Assembly: GCA_028534125.1 (NCBI GenBank)
Contig: CM052818.1
Coordinates: 37,078,001 to 37,142,000, forward strand
DNA: 64,000 nucleotides
DNA from: Lama glama
Lineage: Eukaryota
Reading direction: 5' to 3'
Of this stretch, positions 12,501-25,475 are shown in pieces (within the stretch, counting starts at the first letter, position 1; each line of letters begins with the position of its first letter). The notes below the pieces were generated by a model. The model saw only the letters and a list, made by a program, of their open reading frames with translations. It was not told the origin of the DNA and searched no databases. A program made the position numbers and the translations under genes.

Positions 12501-13185
12501 CGCCACATTTTCTTTATTCAGTCATCTGTCAATGAACACTTAGGTTGCTTCCATGTCTTGTCTATTGTAAATAGTGCTGCTATGAACATTCAAGTGCATG
12601 TATCTTTTTGAATTAGCGTTTTCATCTTTTCCAGATATATGCCCAGGAGGGGGATTGCTGAACCATATGGTGATTCTGTTTTTAGTTGTTTAAGGTACAT
12701 CCATACTGTTCTCCATAGTGGCTGCACCAATTTATATTCCCACCAACAGTGTAGGAGGGCTCCATTTTCTCTACATCCTCTCCAGCATTTATTATTTGTA
12801 GACTTTTTGATGATAGTCATTCTGCCCAGTGTGAGGTGATACCTCATTTTAGTTTTGATTTGCATTTCTCTAATAATTAGTGATGCTGAGCATCTTTTCA
12901 TGTGCCTGTTGGCCATCTGGATGTCCTCTTTAGAGAAATGTCTATTTAGGTCTTCTGCCCATTTTTTGATTGGGTTGCTTTTTTTTTTTTATATTTGCTG
13001 CATAAGCTGTTTGTATGTTTTGAATTAATCCCCTGTCAGTCACATCCTTTGCAAATATTTTCTCATATTCTGTAGGTTTTCTTTTTGTTTTGTTTATGGT
13101 TTCCTTTGCTGTGCTTAAAGCTTTTAAGTTTAATTGGGTCCCATTTGTTTATTTTTGCTTTTGTTTCCATTACCCTAGGAGATGG
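11953..13185 (-). mobile_element. Cetartiodactyl-type LINE-1, 5'-truncated, about 1.2 kb, including the ORF2p C-terminal remnant
   Basis: Poly-T tail at 11953. ORF 12590-12916(-) reads '[18 protein letters not shown]…NKCWRGC…[15 protein letters not shown]…AIPLLGIY', the L1 ORF2p cysteine-rich C-terminal domain. Confidence 0.95.
12461..12502. repeat. (TG)16(CG)5 compound microsatellite
   Basis: Seen directly, inside the L1. Confidence 0.95.
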
Positions 13186-13369
13186 GTTTCCGAAAGGGTT
13201 TTGACCAAGGTTATGTCTTTTAGAGGCTAACATCCGTAAAAGAGACTTTTATGGAAATTGTATCTTTTCACTTTTAAAGAAGTCAGTATCTACAGATAGC
13301 TGAACTGTGAAATAAAGCCAGCGTATCTACATAGACACTTACACAGACACATGTGCCGCTCCAGACAGG

Positions 13370-13754
13370 TGCTACTGGGTTTGCTAAGGCTGCTGTGACA
13401 AAATACCCCAGGCTGGGAGGCTTGAACGACAAGATGTATCGTCTTGGCAGGGTTGACTCTTCCAGAGGCTGTGCAAGAAGGATCTGTGCAAAGCTTTTCT
13501 CCTTGCCTTGCCGACAGTATCTCCTCCTTGTCTCCTCACATCGTCCTCCCTCTACGTACATCTCTTTCTGTGTCCAAACTTCCCCTCTTTACGAGGACAG
13601 CAGTCATCTTGGCTTAGGGCCCACCCTAAGAACCTTATTTTAACTTGATTACCTCTGTAACCATCCCGTCTCCAAATAAGGTCGCATTCTGATGTACTGG
13701 AGCTTAGGAGGCCAGCGTATCTTTTTGAAATAGGACACAACTCACCCCAAAACA
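13370..13754 (-). mobile_element. MaLR solo LTR (MLT1B/C-like)
   Basis: 'gtttgctaaggctgctgtgacaaaatacc', 'aggacagcagtcatcttggcttagggcccacccta', 'tctccaaataaggtcgcattctga…gacacaactcacccc'. Confidence 0.85.
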
Positions 13755-16700
13755 CTATGTAATGGATAAAGTACCAGGCTGGCCATCCTGGGGCCCTGGC
13801 CTGGATGCAAATTCTATCAATGTCTGGGTGCATGATTCTGGCTGAGTCTCTGGACCTGCCTTTTGGCTACTGTGACATGCGTGGATTGACCAGAATGGCC
13901 ACTGAGGTCCCTTCTACCCTAGAGGTCTATGGTTTGAGTGGCTCATCTGTTTTGACAATGGACTGACAGAGATTCAAAGGGAAGAGTCTACGTGTGAGGC
14001 TCAGATAGTGGGGGGGTGGGGGAGGCAGGTATTTCTGAGGGAGGAGTTTTGTGCTGTTCAATTGCCCTCAGATCACACCATCTGGATTGTAAGAAATGGA
14101 TAGCTGCTTGCCATGGTCCTGAAAAAAATCTTTTCTTCCTGTAACATCCTGTTTACAATCCTGTTGCTTGGGGAATGGCCCTATTTTAGCTACAGTGCTG
14201 TATTTTGAAGGCCTTAAAAGCTCCATAAAGCAATGATTTGGGGCGAGGTAGCTGAGGAATTCAGTGACTTTTAGAGCATATTTGTAGCATTTCATAAAAA
14301 TAAATCAACTTTTACCTTTTATGGGAACAAACATTTTCAACTGGGAGAGTTGTGGTTTCTCTCCCCTCTACTCTAATTCTTAGAAGAGTCTTGCAAAAAT
14401 GGTACCCAGTAGAGTCCTTTGCGCATTTCTGCCTCTTGGCATTACTGTTGAAGCCGTTGTAGGATGCTTGTATTTTTGTAGAGTGATAGTGTTTAAATGC
14501 TGATGCATGTCAGCAGAACACCGAAGCCAGCAACCTATAATTGCATTAATATTAATTCTCATTTCAATGAGAAAGCCCCTCTGTAATCACCTGTTATTTA
14601 ACCCTGACTGCAACCTTTCCAGGACAGAAGAGGACAAGTTGACAGATCTGAACCATTGTGGTATCTCTCCATTTAGGGAAAGAGTGGAAGAGAATGGCAA
14701 GCCCCTCCATCACATAGCATGGTACTGGGCACACAACCAAGATTCTCATCAAAGGAAGGGGAGATTGGTGCTTTTTGCTGGATATAAGAATCTAGATTCC
14801 AGCCTGTGCTTCGAGTAGCTGATGTTTGTCAGATGTAACCAGGAGAGCCTGACTCAAAACAGCTGTACCCTGAATCGACTCTCATTCTGATCCACTTACT
14901 GATGCAGTGATGTGCTGGCCAAAGTTTTCTCTTGGAGAAAGTAACTACCTCTTGGGGTTGGGAACAAAGTGTCTTCAAGTGGAGGGACACTTCCATCACA
15001 GATCTATATAGTGATTGAGGGGGGAATGAGGGCTAAGGTCTAAGGTCTCCCAGTTAGTTCTTCCTTGGCCAGGAAACTGCTGTTTTGTCACATCTTGCAG
15101 GAGGAACAACACAGCCAGCTGCCCCTTTCCTCCTAAGGTGGAGGAGTGAGTGCTATGGAAATCTTGTTCAGCAGGGAACGTGTAGGAAACAGTATTTTTC
15201 ATCAGCCTGAATCTCAAAGCCTGGGCTATCTCTTGAGATGGTGAGAAATTTAGGCTGAAACTGCATTTTGCTTCATTCCTTTGTGAAGAAGTTGTCCATG
15301 GTATTGTCTTGCCTTTGTCAGGGGGATCTCTGGCTTGCTTTTCTGCCAGGAGTGGGTTCCAGGAGCTCAGACTGACTCCAAAGCATCAGAAACCGAGGCC
15401 TTTGCAGGTGGAGCCCCTGGTGAGCCTGGGTCAGCATCCTAAATTCCAGGCCAAATTACGGCTGACTCAGCCTAGCTCTCATTGCAGCTTGAAGAGTAAT
15501 TGATGCATCATGGAAACCTCTGGAAAATATTTTGATCCGGGAAAATTAATTTTATATGTTCTAATGTGAAATCTTTTAGTAAGTGAAGCATTATAATCAT
15601 GGTTGTGAGAACCTTTAAAAATGACAGGATTTCTTCTTGTTTGTGTTTATAACCAGGGAAGTTCCAGGGATGGGGCTTAGCTGAAAATTCTGCATGTGGA
15701 GGGGAGCGAGGCTGGTGCATGACTATATGAGACCGGGCTCCCTCGGAAACAAGTGCGAGCTGGGTTTCCGGACTCTTCCCTGAATTTGGGTTGAAGTAAC
15801 CCTGTCCTTTCTATTGAGGTCTGGAATTGATTCCTTCCATTGCTTTACCTTCCATGACGTTTCTTTCTGAGGACAGGACAGAGCCCAGGCCTCTACCTCT
15901 ACCTCCCTCCCATCTTCCCATAAAGCTCCTCATTGCTCAGAGTCTTTTATGGTCCATTCTTGTTCACTAATGCATGTCTGTTCCTCTCTGAGAGCAACCA
16001 GCTGTCTTCAGCCATCAGTAGATTCTCCCTTCACCCTCCACCACTATCACTGTCTCTGTTCTTTGGATGTTGAGTCCCCAGACAGGAGACCTAGGATAAT
16101 GTTTGGGGCTTCAGCCCTTCAGGGGTTCTATCCAACCACAAGCAAAAGCTGGGTTAGCATCCAAGAACCCTCCTCCTGAAGGCTGTGTCCTCTGCTCCCA
16201 GCTGCCCTCTAGGAAGACAGGTAGTGATGCTATTGACAGCATCCTGTCATCAAGGGTCTTTGGCAAAGAGCAAGCAAAGCTACTCTCCAGCATGCTGAGT
16301 CCAGTTTGGTCATCCAGCAGGCAATTCCCTGCAGGGCCAACACGTGCCAGGCCTTGGGCCATGTGGCCGCTAAGCCTCTGTGCTTCCTCCTCTCAGCAAC
16401 TCGGCCTCTTGAACAAAACAAGATACCCACGGGCAAAACTGCCTTATCTAAGACCTGAGAGTAGTGTCTGCCACAGTGACTTCATGGCAAGGGATCCATA
16501 CCTGTTTTGATGAATAATTAAATGAATGAAGTGCCAAATGGCTACTAGGAAGGAATTTCTAGGAGGAAAAGTGCTCTGAGATCTGGGGAAGGCAAAGGGG
16601 AATGAGTAGATAAAGCCGGGTTAGCCCTGCAAGGCCGGCAGGGGGTGAGCAGACAGAAGAGCAGGAGAGCCTTCCTGGCCGGAGAGTGGCCCCGAGGCTG

Positions 16701-18169
16701 GGAGGAACAGAGCGGAAGAGAGATGGAGCCAAATATATACGTATTTATTTTAAAAACTATTTTAAAGTTTTCCTCATTTTACTCTTTTCAAACCATTTTT
16801 GCTACTGCCCCCCGCCCCCGCCTCACACTCTCTGATTTCTTCTTTCATATTATGTATTTTTTAAAACCAGCTGGGGGAGGGCTGTATTTTAATGCCTCTC
16901 TTGCCTGCCAAGTTGTGCTCCCAAGTCCTCTAAGCTCCGCATGCAGCCAGAATAACTTGAGGATGCAGCTCATTAATAACGCGCATGTAAATCACATCCT
17001 CTTTAGGAGGCCTGGAGAGGGGGGCTCTGCCCCCATCATCAAGCTTTCAGAGATGGCAGCTCACAAGGAGGACGCCCGTCTGGTCCCCAGAGCCTGAAAG
17101 GCTGGAGCTGTCCACACAGGTCTCCCTGGGGTGGGGGGAATTTCTTTGCTGAAACTTCTCCATGCAAGTGGGACCTCAACTATAGGAGCTCGGGTGTCCC
17201 CGAGCGTAGTTGCTTCCTTGCCGGCCTCTTCGTTGCATCTCTGTGGATATTTCCAGCTGGGGGCGGGGGATTTCCAACAGCACGTCACTGAGCATGAGGA
17301 CATCCATTAGTTATAATTAAACAGGCTGCTGCGTGATTACAAATGACTTTCGCACCAAAAGGATTGTATAGACATTCAGAGCCAGAATAGCTGTCTTCAG
17401 ACGACAAATCGGCCAGGCTTTCCAGCAGGCCCCAGAGGGGCTCCAGGGAGGGGGTCCTCTCCCTGGCGGATGCCCTCGCAGTCTCAAAGGGCGATGCTTC
17501 CAGAGAGCACGTGCATCTTAAATCTATTTCAGAACAACATCCTCAAGCCTTGGGACCCTGGGAGCATCTCCTTACTTTTTCCAAGATTTGTGAGCCATTT
17601 TCCTCCCTGCTTCATTCTGAATGCACTTGTATCATCCATCTCGGGCTTCCTTCTAGGAGGTGAAGAAGCGTGCTGTTCACAGCAGGCTTTCCCTGTGATC
17701 TGGCCACCGTCAGTGCCCGTGCCCCTGCAGGAGCCAGGGAAAGCCCGAGAGCACACATCAACTCCTCAGCCCTTAAAAAACTGGAAATCTTTAGGTGGTC
17801 TCCCCGGACAGCCCTCCTCAGGCAAAGCCAAACCCGCCTTCTGCCCTCGCAGTTAACATACCATGGATATCAGCCTGGCTATTTTATTTTTCAAAAGGTT
17901 GTGCTGTTGTGCCTTTGATGTCCCCTAGACCCCAAGTAGGCAGTGTTTCACTAGACATCTTGAAATAGAGACACAAAATTTGGGGGAGGGGGGTGAGGAG
18001 TCTCAAAAGTTTAACATAAAAATAAATTGGGAGAGGACTGATGGATGAGGGGAAGGCTCCCTGAGCAGACCGCAGGGAATCAAGAGGAAAGACTATTATT
18101 TATTTAAGAGTCCAGCACAGAATGAGCATGACTGTGTGTTAGTTTTCGTGCTGGTCCTTTGCATAAGGA

Positions 18170-18420
18170 CAGCCTGGGGCGATGGTCCAGAGTGCAACCA
18201 TTGTTCTGTACTTGACTGCCTGGCTTACAATCTTAGCTTTACTGCTAACTAGCTGGGTGACCTTAAGCAAGTAGCTTAACTTCTCTATGCCTTAGAGTTC
18301 CCATCTGTAAAATGAGGGCTTAGAGTATTACCTACCTCCTGAAAGTGTTGACAATTAAATGAGACAATTGGCTTAAAGTGCACAGAATAAGATCTGTACC
18401 TTGTGAAGTTCTGTTAGTTC
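18170..18420 (+). mobile_element. MIR SINE, near full length
   Basis: 'actagctgggtgaccttaagcaagtagcttaacttctctatgcctt…cccatctgtaaaatgagg…attaaatgaga'. Confidence 0.85.
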
Positions 18421-18519
18421 CCTTACCTCAATGTTTTCCCATCTTTAGACATTATTATCCCCCCAGTTTTGCTATAATCATGCACCTATGTATTTACTTA
18501 GTATTTAAAGACTTTGTAA

Positions 18520-19230
18520 AACTTAAAAAAGTTGAGTATAACTTATTGAAAAGTGCACAAAGCACAGATTATAAATTAATAAATAATCATGAAATGTCAA
18601 GAAACAGAACAGGGCAAGAGCCTCAGAGACCTTCCTCGTGCCGCACTCCTGCTTCTCTAGAGGTGCCCCGTTCTGCCTCTCACACTCTGTTGTTTGGTTT
18701 GCCAGTGTCTGCTCGTTAAACATGTAGAGTCAGACAGTGTGTATGTTTTTGTGTGCATCTGACCTATACTTCAGGATTGTGTTTGAGGGGGTCTCTCTGT
18801 CGTTGCACATGGCTGGGTTTATTTCTTTTCCCCTGCTGTGTAGTACTCCGTTGCACAAATACAGCATCCTTGTGTATTTATTCTGCTGCTGTTGTTGTTT
18901 ACTTATTTTTTTTCTGCTGTTTATGGACCTTTGCGTTGTTTCTCATTTTTGGCTGTTATGAATAATGGTAGTATTAATCTTTTTCATACATATTTATTAA
19001 AGTACATATATGCTGACCATATATTTAGGAGTATAATTGCTGGGTTATGAGACATGATGTTCAACTCTAGGAGGGGGTGTCAGATAGGCTTTCCAGTGGT
19101 TGTACCATTTCATCTGTTTTGTCATCTTTTTATTGATCTGTAGAAATTCCTTGTATATTCTGGCTATAAGCCCTTTGTTGGTAACGTGTATTACAAATAC
19201 CTTTTTCACTCTGTGTAAACTTAGTTTAAA
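18520..19230 (-). mobile_element. Old L1ME-type LINE-1 fragments
   Basis: 'ttgagtataactta…aaagtgcacaaa', 'tctcatttttggctgttatgaataatg', 'taggagtataattgctgggtt', 'ttgatctgtagaaattccttgtatattctgg'. Confidence 0.7.
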
Positions 19231-19379
19231 TTTTAGATGTATCTTAAGTAATAATATTTGTGAAATTGAGTTTGATAGTTTTTTTTTTTTTTTGCTGAAA
19301 GATGCTAGATAAAAGTTTGCCCCTGCTCCAACTAAAATTATTTCCTCTACTACTGATGGTGGGCCTTATCACCCTTTAG

Positions 19380-19560
19380 GAACTCTCCATTGTCTCATTT
19401 AATCCTCACAAAGAACCTCTTTGGTATCCTGTTCTTATCCCTGTTTTCTAGGTTTGGCACTGGAAACACTGAGAGGTTTCACAACTTACCCAGAGACACA
19501 GCTGACGTGAGGACCCAGGTGTAGTGGCTTCCAGAGCTCAGCCTGTTTCCATCACATGGC
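19380..19560 (-). mobile_element. MIR SINE
   Basis: 'tctcatttaatcctcacaa…gaaacactgagagg…aacttacccagagacacagct'. Confidence 0.7.
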
Positions 19561-19668
19561 TGGTCAGCAGGCTATTTTATCACCTGTTGTACACTCTGGA
19601 TCCTTGAGAGACCCTCTGCGTCCCCACAGAGCCTTGAATGTGGTGAAGCCCTCAGCAGCCATTTGGGG

Positions 19669-19729
19669 AATGGATGGATGGATGGGCCAGTGGATGGATG
19701 GATGAGTTGGTAGATGGATGGGTGGATGA
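19669..19729. repeat. Degenerate (TGGA)n repeat, probably an L2 tail derivative
   Basis: Repeated tggatggatg units seen directly. Confidence 0.75.
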
Positions 19730-21499
19730 CTTGGAGGGTCAGTGTTTTAACAAAAGCTCCCTGCCTAGGGAGTAGCCCAGGGCCAGGCCCTGGGTGTCTG
19801 CAGCCTGAACTGTGACCCCACAGCAGCCCTGCTGTGGCCCTTCCCTCCTCAGTGGCTTTCGAGTGGAGAGAGATAAAACTAGACCTGGAGCTGCGGTGAG
19901 GAAGTGGCAGTCCCAGCCTTCGTTGGGGAGAGGTGTGATCTCATTCCATCAGTGCAGAGGCTGTTCTAGGAACTCTTGCTTGCGGAGGAAGCAGACAGAG
20001 GAAGTAGGTCTGCCTACTCCCATGACCTGTTAAGCCAGCCCTGTCTACATGTCAGGACCAGGGTTCGGATGTGGGCTCTCCTTTGGGACAACTTTCATAC
20101 CTTGGTTGGGGGGCCATTCTCTGCTCCTTCCCTGGGCAGAGAACAGGCAGATTCAAGGATCAGTTCCCATGTTCTTGAGACCCAATATGCTTGATCTCAC
20201 CTAACTTGTACTCTCCTGTGCACAGTGGAGCTTGCCCTTGTTCACTTGAACATTTGCTCGCTCTGTCCCAGGAGCTGAGCCGAGTGTTTCTGTACAAAGG
20301 ATGGTAAATTGGATTCTGCCTAAAAAGCACAGGTGAGGATTCCCACAGGGACAGCTCTGCTGGGGATTGGGATGGGGTGATTATGAACGTCACTGTTCCT
20401 GGCTTTAAATCTCTCTTGAAGTATTTGTTGAAACTTTGTTTATAATAAGTAGCTACTGGAACCTCTTCCTATTCTGAGTGCTGGTGATGTGCTGTTCTGG
20501 ACTCTTTCTGAGCACTTCCCTGGGAAAGTGCTTGTTGTATTTAATAAACTGCATTGATTTATTGCATTTATTGACCCGCTGAAGCACTCTGTATTATCAG
20601 AGGTGATAGTCTTCTTAGGAAAGCATGGAAGGTCTCTTCATTAGCATCCATTTTTCTATGAGGCTTTGGAGGGTGAAATACCAAAATGCATGGTGTTCAT
20701 TCTGGTGATATATTGAGCACCATCGGGGTGAACAATGGCTTCGGTATAAATCAGGTGGAAGGAAGGAATCGAGACCATTTGCCATAGGCTTGCAGGAGTT
20801 TTCATGATGAAATGAGCAGCTACTTTTCTTTCTTTCGGTTATGACAAGCTCCTCTCTTAATTTTCCACAAGGGAGTAGCAGCAGGCGGAAGGGGCTCTTT
20901 AGGGAGAAGGATCCCGCCACAGCCAGATCAGCCTGGGACGGTTTAGCGCATCCCACTCACAGCGTGTGATGTGACAGCAGGCGTGTCACTCGCCCCTTCT
21001 GTGCCTGTGCTTCTTGTCTGTGTTAGTTTGTGCCCCGACCTCACACTGACAAGCTTTCTTCCTATCCCTCTGCTTCCTGCCCCAGGTCCAGCCCTGGATG
21101 AGACTAGCTCTGAGGCTTCCTGTATGCAGCAGACCCTGAGTTTCAGTGAGAAGCCCAGATGAACCCGAGAGAGACTCCAGGAACCTAAGAGCATTGATCC
21201 TGGACACTTCCCCTGCTTTCCCAGGTTCTTCCTCAGGCGTCTCTCTTCTTCTTGGAGAAGCCTCATAGAGTCTGGTACCTGCTTTCACCTTCTCACAGAG
21301 GATGCTGTGAGCTTAGGATCCCCACCACTGGGAGCTTTAGATCCTGACAAGTGCGAACCATTTGCCTTCCTTGTGGATGTGTCCATTGGGCACACAAAGC
21401 TGCGAGGATCTTTCCCACATCTGGCCAGAAGCAGTTCCCTCTCCTCACATGCTCACAGAGAACATACTTCTGCTCCAGGGGACCTCAGGCCAGCATCTG

Positions 21500-21725
21500 T
21501 GGGGATCAAGGACAGTTCTGAGTTTGAATCAAGTCCCAGACTGTGTGACCTTGGGCAGATTACTTAATTTCTCTGAGCTTCAGGTCCCTTATTTGCATAA
21601 TGGGTATAATAATGCCAAACTCAAAAGATTATCGCAAGGACTAAATGAGTCAATGTTTGCCAAGTACTTAGCAGTGTCTGACACATAATGCCTGTTTGAA
21701 CAACGCCAGCTATCATCATTAGCGA
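21500..21725 (+). mobile_element. MIR SINE
   Basis: 'ctgtgtgaccttgggcagattacttaatttctctgagcttcag…taaatgag…aagtacttagcagtgtctgacacata'. Confidence 0.85.
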
Positions 21726-21739
21726 AGTTTCTCTAAATG

Positions 21740-22080
21740 CACATTAAGCAGACTGCACTCAAAGTTGGGGCCCGCTATGTGCCCTGTTAACTGTGGGTTC
21801 TGAGGGTAAAATTGTGAATGAGACTGACACGCCCCTGCCTGCAAGGAGCTTACTGTTTGGTGGATGAAACTGGCAATGAAACAAGCAGTTAAAATACAGC
21901 ATGAGAATTTCCATGGGTGGTGATTGTGGAAGGTGAGTGGATATCACCGATCATAATAGAAGCATATCGGAGGGGCCTCTAATCTCATCTAAGATCCGGT
22001 ATCAGCCCTCCCCAGGCTGAGTGGAGCATCTAGAAGTTGACCAGGACAGGAAGAGCTAAGGAGAAAAGGCAGTATTGGAA
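21740..22080 (-). mobile_element. LINE-2 3' fragment
   Basis: 'gcccctgcctgcaaggagcttactgtttggtgg…aacaagcagttaaaatacagcatga'. Confidence 0.55.
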
Positions 22081-22214
22081 GCCTTCTATCTATAGATGAA
22101 CAAATCGTTCATAAAATCCACACCCGCCAACCACCACACCCTGGCTCACCCTGGCAAGGAAAAGCCTCCCACTCCCATTATGTCACGTGGCCCTTTAAAA
22201 ACTATGTGTGATCA

Positions 22215-22352
22215 TCCTGATTTCTCAATGTCTTTCTTCCCCGCTGGAATGGGCGCCCCCTACAGGCAGGGCTCAGGGCTGTCTGTTACATCCATAGCAC
22301 TCAGCACAGGGTTTGACACTTTTTCATGCTCAGCAATATTAATAAATTAATC
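22215..22352 (+). mobile_element. LINE-2 3' end
   Basis: 'ccccgctggaatg…caggcagggctc…agcactcagcacagggtttgacac…gctcagcaatatt'. Confidence 0.55.
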
Positions 22353-23472
22353 AAGATGGAGCAGACACTGAGAGTTGCCACACTCTGCCTTTTGGAAATG
22401 CCCTAGGTCTTTGAAGATCTCGTTCTTCTCCCCTCCTCCCCACAAGCTGGTGGCTGGCTCACGGAGGGGAGACCCTGGGCCCTTCTGACTGCCAGGGTTG
22501 GAACTTGAACTGGGGGTTGTGTTCTTCCTGGCAAAGCAGCAGCCAGCACCCCACCCCCACCCACAGCCAGTTTCGGCCCCTTTACTCTGGCAGTGGGCTC
22601 CTCCTTCCTCAGGGCTGCCCGTGCTTCCTATCTGATAATCCGTGCTGCCCTTATCTTCGGAGGAAATGCTGCCAGTGATGTCACACACTGAATCGATTAA
22701 AAGCAGAACTTTGAACTCATCTGTTTGGAGAGGTCTCTGTAGAGTGAATCACTCGATCCTCCTTTAATGTGGTCCCGATGCCTGCCGGAAACCCCATCTC
22801 AGAAGCAATCCCTGTTGTAGGGCCAGGATATCTCACGTTTTCACAGATTGGCTGTGGCAGAAGCCGTAGGATGTATTTAACTGCAATGAGATCACCTTCT
22901 TCAACCAACCCTCCCCTCCCAACTTTTGTTTTTAGCTTATTTCAAACAGAAAGACCTCCAGAGTTTCTTTGCTTTTCCTGTTTTTTTTTTTAATCCAATG
23001 TTTACCATTGTTGTACTTTCTTTGCAGAGAAAAATCCCCACCAGATGGATGTTTGTATCCATTTTAATCTTCCCAGCCCTCCCTAGGTGGGAGGTGGAGG
23101 TACATGAGCTGGTTTCTTAATTCAGGAAGGAGCTAGGAAAGGGAGGAGTTCAGGAGGTGTGTGATCAAGGGCTGGGTTTATACTTTGGACAGTGGAGGAT
23201 TGAGGAGTTCTGAGGGAGATACATGTGGTCTAGAAAGGCCAGGGAAGACTCCTTCAAGAAAGTAGGACTGGAGCTGGGTCTTGGAGGAGGAAGAGGCCAG
23301 AGATGGGATGGGGTGGGGGTGCTTTTCAGTGGGAAGAGGAGAGGCAGCTTGATAGAGCAGATTGCTGATGATGAGCATGTAAGCCCCTGGAGAAGGAAGC
23401 AGGCACTGCCAGAGGTACAGGTGGGCAAACTGGCTAAGTGGGATGGCTGGAGAGCAGACAGAGAATGCTGTG

Positions 23473-23922
23473 TCTGATGGTTAATTTATGTGTTATACTG
23501 GCTTAGCTATGGTGCCCAGCTGTTTGGTCAAATACCAGTTTAGATGTTGCTATAAAGGTATTTTTCAGATGTGATCAACGTGTAAATCAGTAGACTCTGA
23601 GTAAAGCAGATTGCTGTCCATAATGTGGGTGGGCCTTACCCCATCAGTTAAGGCCTTAAGACTGGAGGTTTTCAGAAGAGGAAGGGATTCTCTTCAAGAC
23701 TGTAGACTGTACCATTGACAGCCTGCCTGTGTTTCCAGCCTGCTGCCCTGCAGAATTCAGACTCAAGACTGAAATGTCAACTCTTAATTATCAGCCTACC
23801 AGCCTGCCTTACAGATTTCAGACTTGCCAACCCCCCACACTCCCATGAGCCAATTCCTTAAAATAAATCTCCCTTTCTCTCCATATATCTACTTAGATCC
23901 TTGTGTCCCTCTGGAGAACCCA
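23473..23922 (+). mobile_element. ERVL solo LTR (MLT2D-like), inserted in an L2 remnant
   Basis: 'tgatggttaatttatgtgt', 'tgtttggtcaaataccagtttagatgttgct', 'gagtaaagcagattg…ccataatgtgggtgggcct', 'atgagccaattccttaaaataaatct…tctggagaaccc'. Confidence 0.9.
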
Positions 23923-25250
23923 GGCCACCAGCCTGAGAAGACCTGGGGCTTTGCTGAGTGATCACAGTTCATAGTCCAAGGGCGGCTTTTAAAAACCAGG
24001 CTCCATTCGCAGGATATTTGAAGGCTAAATGCTGAGTCAAATTCTGCAACCAAGTTCCATGCCCATAAGACTCTACTTAGAAAGACTCATGCAAAGGGAA
24101 TCACAGGGACTCTTTAAATTGAACCTTCCTTGAAGACATGTGACAAGTGTGTTGGGTGGAGACTGGCTCACTCCCAGTGTTTCCATGTCTTGCATGGAGT
24201 TGATTTTAATTGACAAGAAGTCTCTCTACCAGTGGACATTTTCTTGTTAAAGCTGATGCTCTTGCATTCTGTTGTGCAGCAAAAAGATTGCTTTATTGGC
24301 AAGCAAGCCTTGGATATTTCCAAGTTAGCTGAGTGAGAAACATCCCTCCTGAAGGCCACTGTGTAAGTGAGTCCCACAGAAATGTGCCCGAGCTGTCAGG
24401 TGCGGGGAGAAATGTCTTTAGTAAGAGTAGGTCATGGAATGAGACTTCCCCACTGCAGCATGGATGGGCAGAGAGGATTTCCACAAGGACGATTCTTAAG
24501 AATCTCTGTAAAAATGCATGACTCCATCTGTCTCCTCTCTCTTCCTTGGCTTCAGATGAGCTGAGCCATTTAAAAATTCCCCAACGAAGGACCCTAGGCA
24601 CCAGAGGAAGTGAGGAACAGATTTTCAATTTGGCCTTGATTTGCATGATTTTTTTTTTTTTTGGCAGTTGAAATCGTTGTCTGAACCAGAGGCTAAAGAT
24701 GGGTAGTAGGTCTCCCCCATAAAAGGCAGATTCTTGATTGGTCTGGACAGACCGCTGGTGCTTTAGGTGTGGTGCTCCAACCTCAGCTTCTGGAGAGAAG
24801 GAAGAGATGGCAACGGGAGACGTGGAGAGGAAATGGATGATCAGAGCAGCTCGCAGGGGGCCAAGGAAGGACTCTGCATTCCCACTGGGGAGCCAGATCC
24901 ACCTTGTCTGTCCCCAGAGCTACTGTCTACTTACTTCTGAGGGGTGTCCTCTGGGGGGGGGCGTCTCCTCTTCTGTGAGGCTGATGGATTTTTCTTCTGA
25001 TGGGCTGCCTTGTATTTTCACAATTACAGGATAGTGGGGACCTCAGACATAGCCTGGGGGTTCTGCTGCCCTGGGAACTAGAACATGGCCCTTCAGAGAG
25101 AGCTGCAGAATTTCTATAGAGGAGGAGTTCAGAGGAGGCCAGAGGACATATGTTGAGGCTCCATATGTTGATAATTTGGGACGTCATGAGTGGTGATAGT
25201 GGTGATGGTGGGGCTGTAGTGCTTGGGAGGAATATAGAATAATAGTAGTA

Positions 25251-25475
25251 ATGATGATGATGATGATGATGATAGCAAACATCTACTGAGTGCTCATTCT
25301 GTCCCAGGCACTGGCCTAAGACTTTATTCATAATTCAACGCATAATAGCAACCTTACGAGGTGCATTTGTTAGTCCCATTTTCAGATGAAGAGAGATGTT
25401 GAGAAACTGCCTACCTACCTAGCCAGCAGGTGGTGGTCCAGCTAGGTCGGGACTCAGGTGGTCTGGTTTAGAGCA
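25251..25475 (-). mobile_element. MIR SINE with (GAT)n at its tail
   Basis: ATG/GAT run at 25251-25273, then 'agcaaacatctactgagtgctc…ccaggcactg…cccattttcagatgaaga'. Confidence 0.75.

Noticed and set aside
12590..12916. 108-aa ORF with real protein-like sequence
   Set aside because: It is the LINE-1 ORF2p C-terminus within a truncated L1, not a host gene.
20510..20535. Mini-hairpin agcactt…aagtgct containing AAAGTGC (miR-17-like seed word)
   Set aside because: The stem is only about 7-9 bp and does not extend to a pre-miRNA-length hairpin.
22717..22908. 63-aa minus-strand ORF with balanced composition
   Set aside because: No recognisable homology, no ATG start and no convincing splice boundaries.
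25251..25273. Poly-His tract in ORF 24927-25331
   Set aside because: It is the translation of a (GAT)n microsatellite at a MIR tail.
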